Assembly: GCA_965237525.1 (NCBI GenBank)
Contig: CBDEFO010000007.1
Coordinates: forward strand, 672,001 to 736,000
Length of the DNA: 64,000 nucleotides
From: Candidatus Latescibacterota bacterium
GTDB taxonomy: Bacteria; Latescibacterota; CBDEFO01
Direction of reading: 5' to 3'
Within the stretch, counting starts at the first letter, position 1. Every line of letters starts with the position of its first letter. Below, piece after piece: positions 61,419 to 64,000 of this stretch. The notes under the pieces are model-generated. The model was not told where the DNA came from and searched no databases. It worked only from the letters and a program-made list of their open reading frames with translations. Both the position numbers and the translations under genes were made by a program.

Positions 61419-62729
61419 ATGGTTAGATTATCGGACATCATAAACGAAGACGATCTGCTTAAGAAAGATAAAGAGGGGAAAGATAGCAGCTCTGAGTTGG
61501 ACCCAGGTGCCAAGGATAAGGCCAGATTATCAGACATCATAAAGGGCGATAACCTTTCTAAACTGATTGAGGAACATAGCAGGAAAGATAAAGAAGGGGG
61601 CAATATCACGCTTTTGAGGGAGGTTTACGAAGAGTTGGGTCAGGTGATTAATCAAGATAAACCAGATACACAGGGACAGTTTCCACCTCAGAAGGATCGT
61701 TCTGTGTCACAGACAGCCAAGGACGCCGATGCTACAACCTCAGAGCTCAGTGACATCCCGGCAACCGACGCGTCGGATGACGACATAGAAGAAGTGGATA
61801 AAAGCGGAATAGAAAATCTTTACGACAGGATGTACAGCTACGTTGAGGAGGTTATATTTTCGATTAAGGAGGGAGGCGATTTTTCGCTGCAGGAGGCATT
61901 CCAGATTGCTGAGGAAATTGTGGATTCGTCTGATGCTCAAAACACTCTCTTCCACAAAGCCGTGTACACTGAGGATGAACCGGACACAGATATTCTACAC
62001 TCGTCGGTCATATCCCACTCTGTGAATGTAGCTATATATTCTCTGAGGCTAGGCAAAGGACTGAGTTACGATTACGATAGAGATGAACTTATCCAATTAG
62101 TAGTGGCGGGACTGCTTCACGATGTGGGGATGGTCAAAGTAGAGGACATAATCCGCAAGGAGGGAAAACCTACGCAGGATGAGATGGCTGAAATTCGCAG
62201 GCATCCACAGTACGGCTGTGAGATCCTGGAGAAATTCGGTCCGGACTATTCGTGGCTGGCCGAAGCGGCGCTCCAGGAACATGAAAGACACGGAGGTCAA
62301 GGATATCCCGATCACCTTGCAGGCGAGGAGATTAGCGAATATGCCAGAATCATCGCTGTGGCCGATACCTATGAGGCTATGACTCACACCCGACCGCACA
62401 GGAAAGGTCTGATGTCCTTTGATGCTGTAACTCAGATAGTCCAGAGAGAGAAGGGGCAGTTCGAAAGAGAGGTGGTAAAGGCGTTGATAATGAAACTTTC
62501 AGCGTTTCCGATAGGATGCTACGTTCGATTGAACTCTAAGGCAGTGGGCAGAGTGATAGAGACGAGAGACGAAAGTCCCCTCAAGCCGGTCGTAAGGCTC
62601 CTTTATAATCCTCAGGGAAAGCCTCTAAAGGAGGAAAAAGAGATCGATTTAAGAGATATGTCGATGCTAAGCGTCTCAGAGGCTATCCACGAGAGGGATC
62701 TTCCCAAGAACATAAGGGGCAGGAGATAG
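61419..62729 (+). CDS. HD-GYP domain protein (putative c-di-GMP phosphodiesterase)
   Basis: Motifs HSVNVA, LLHDVG, EHERHGGQGYP, IAVADTYEAMT and RPHR. Confidence 0.9.
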   Translation: MVRLSDIINEDDLLKKDKEGKDSSSELDPGAKDKARLSDIIKGDNLSKLIEEHSRKDKEGGNITLLREVYEELGQVINQDKPDTQGQFPPQKDRSVSQTAKDADATTSELSDIPATDASDDDIEEVDKSGIENLYDRMYSYVEEVIFSIKEGGDFSLQEAFQIAEEIVDSSDAQNTLFHKAVYTEDEPDTDILHSSVISHSVNVAIYSLRLGKGLSYDYDRDELIQLVVAGLLHDVGMVKVEDIIRKEGKPTQDEMAEIRRHPQYGCEILEKFGPDYSWLAEAALQEHERHGGQGYPDHLAGEEISEYARIIAVADTYEAMTHTRPHRKGLMSFDAVTQIVQREKGQFEREVVKALIMKLSAFPIGCYVRLNSKAVGRVIETRDESPLKPVVRLLYNPQGKPLKEEKEIDLRDMSMLSVSEAIHERDLPKNIRGRR

Positions 62730-62731
62730 AG

Positions 62732-63883
62732 ATGGCCTGGAGAATGGAAGATAGATTCCTTCTTTCTTGTTCGAAGCTGAGTTTAGATGAGGATGCGATT
62801 TATGCCTGTGAGATTGGGTTAGATTGGGATTATGTCTTTACAAAGTCCCTGGATGAAGGATTATCGGGTCTGGTGTACAAGAGTTTGAAACAGATAGCAG
62901 TAGAGGACAGGATTCCACGGGATGTTTTAGAGGATCTAAAAGAGGAGTACTATAGGTCTTTCGGCCGGAACATGGTCCTCCATGCTGCTACCTTAGAGGT
63001 GTTAGAGGCGTTTGAGGATGAAGGAATAGATTGCATCGTTCTTCCGGGCGTATCGCTTATGGATGTGTATAAGGATCCAGGTTTAAGACCGATGGAGGAC
63101 GTAGACATACTGGTACGAAAAAGGGACCAGAGTAAAGCAAGGCGGACGATGCGGAACTTAGGGTATCAGGACAGCGGAAGGTATAAAGATGTGTTTGTAA
63201 AGAACGCGACGATCTTCTTCGATTTGCACACGGATCTTATGAACGCCTCAAGGATAGGTGCAAGGAGCTTTGCCCTCGGGATAAAGGAGGAGGATATATG
63301 GAGCGAAGCCCTTAAAAGAGGAGATGGTAAAGGGGCTTTCCTATCAAAAGAGGATACGATCTTATATCTGGCCGCTCATGTCCTTAAACACTCTTTCAAC
63401 AGGAAGATATGGTTCGTTGACATCAGAAGGTTATTAGAAAGTTGGGACATAAATTGGAGGCGGTTATTGACTCGGGCCCGCCATTTCAACCTGGAAAAGC
63501 CCCTGTACTACTCTTTGACATACGTAAAGGAGATTATGGATGCGGATATTCCGAAAGACGTGTTAGAAGAGATGAAACATTTGAAATTTAACTTTCTGGA
63601 AAGAGCGGTTCTGCGTTCGGCTCTGGAAAACAGGAACGTCGACAAATTGGGCGACCTCCTGTTGTTGTTTAACATAGAGCAGAGAGGGCAAAGGTTCGAG
63701 TTTCTTAAAGAGACCTACCTTCCTAGGCCTGAGGTGATGGCACAGGTCTTCCCAAGGGCGTCCGCGCGATCTTTCTTTTTTGCATATCTTTTGAGGCTTC
63801 TGCAGTTGATGCGGGAGGGTCTTAAGGGATCGACTGGATTTTTGATGGGACTTGTGGGAGAACGGAGAGGATGGGAGACATAA
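62732..63883 (+). CDS. Nucleotidyltransferase family protein (NTP_transf_5-like)
   Basis: IVLPGVSL, YKDPGLRPMEDVDILV (DxD), FDLH and WFVDI. Confidence 0.8.
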   Translation: MAWRMEDRFLLSCSKLSLDEDAIYACEIGLDWDYVFTKSLDEGLSGLVYKSLKQIAVEDRIPRDVLEDLKEEYYRSFGRNMVLHAATLEVLEAFEDEGIDCIVLPGVSLMDVYKDPGLRPMEDVDILVRKRDQSKARRTMRNLGYQDSGRYKDVFVKNATIFFDLHTDLMNASRIGARSFALGIKEEDIWSEALKRGDGKGAFLSKEDTILYLAAHVLKHSFNRKIWFVDIRRLLESWDINWRRLLTRARHFNLEKPLYYSLTYVKEIMDADIPKDVLEEMKHLKFNFLERAVLRSALENRNVDKLGDLLLLFNIEQRGQRFEFLKETYLPRPEVMAQVFPRASARSFFFAYLLRLLQLMREGLKGSTGFLMGLVGERRGWET

Positions 63884-63944
63884 TCTTTTGTCTGCTGTCT
63901 ACTTTTTAAAGGGTCTGTTTGAAAATAAAAGGAGGGAACTCCTA

Positions 63945-64000
63945 ATGGATCTCCAAAGAAAAGGAGTTATAATAGGCGTGATGGTCTTATTAGTAGGGTG
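63945..64000 (+). CDS. 5' end of a probable exported protein or lipoprotein, cut by the window edge
   Basis: AGGAGG RBS followed by MDLQRKGVIIGVMVLLVG. Confidence 0.5.
   Translation, partial: MDLQRKGVIIGVMVLLVG

Noticed and set aside
24485..63903. Recurring AGTAGACAGC / GCTGTCTACT motif near gene ends (about 24485, 26820-26878, 30620, 63893)
   Set aside because: Too short and too few copies to define an element from this window alone. It may be a further minor repeat family.

Overview
Bacterial chromosomal window, probably from an anaerobic FCB-group organism (Latescibacterota/KSB1-like). That assignment is inferred from a PNPFN/FlgD-type C-terminal domain, a DUF2723 GT-C gene and a TWGxIK C-terminal motif. 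The backbone is mostly housekeeping and on the + strand: coaX; groES-groEL with a CIRCE-like operator; a stand-alone homocysteine methyltransferase; a giant S8 protease; a DUF2723-gmd-GT4-flippase glycosylation cluster; ccsA-sirC-hemA-hemC-cobA/hemD; two moeA paralogs; coxM/coxS without the large subunit; glk-gnd-zwf surrounding a membrane flavo-iron-sulfur protein; a RACo/RamA corrinoid activator; comF-dprA; and a REC-GGDEF/ExeA/HD-GYP/NTase cluster. Superimposed on this is a layered mobilome: two inverted 1519-bp IS1182-family copies, five non-autonomous MITEs sharing terminal inverted repeats and a TTAG/CTAA target, REP-like GTCATTGCGAG...GAAGCAATCTC units, a 21-bp hairpin nested inside them, and a probable orphan group II intron 5' fragment. 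About ten genes are disrupted. The most novel-looking items are the nested repeat hierarchy, a [2Fe-2S]-SirC fusion, a circularly permuted TrxB-like/NapH fusion inside the oxidative pentose phosphate cluster, and a putative O-glycosylation locus next to a sequon-rich secreted protease. No rRNA, tRNA or CRISPR array was seen. All family assignments come from motif recognition by eye, not database searches.
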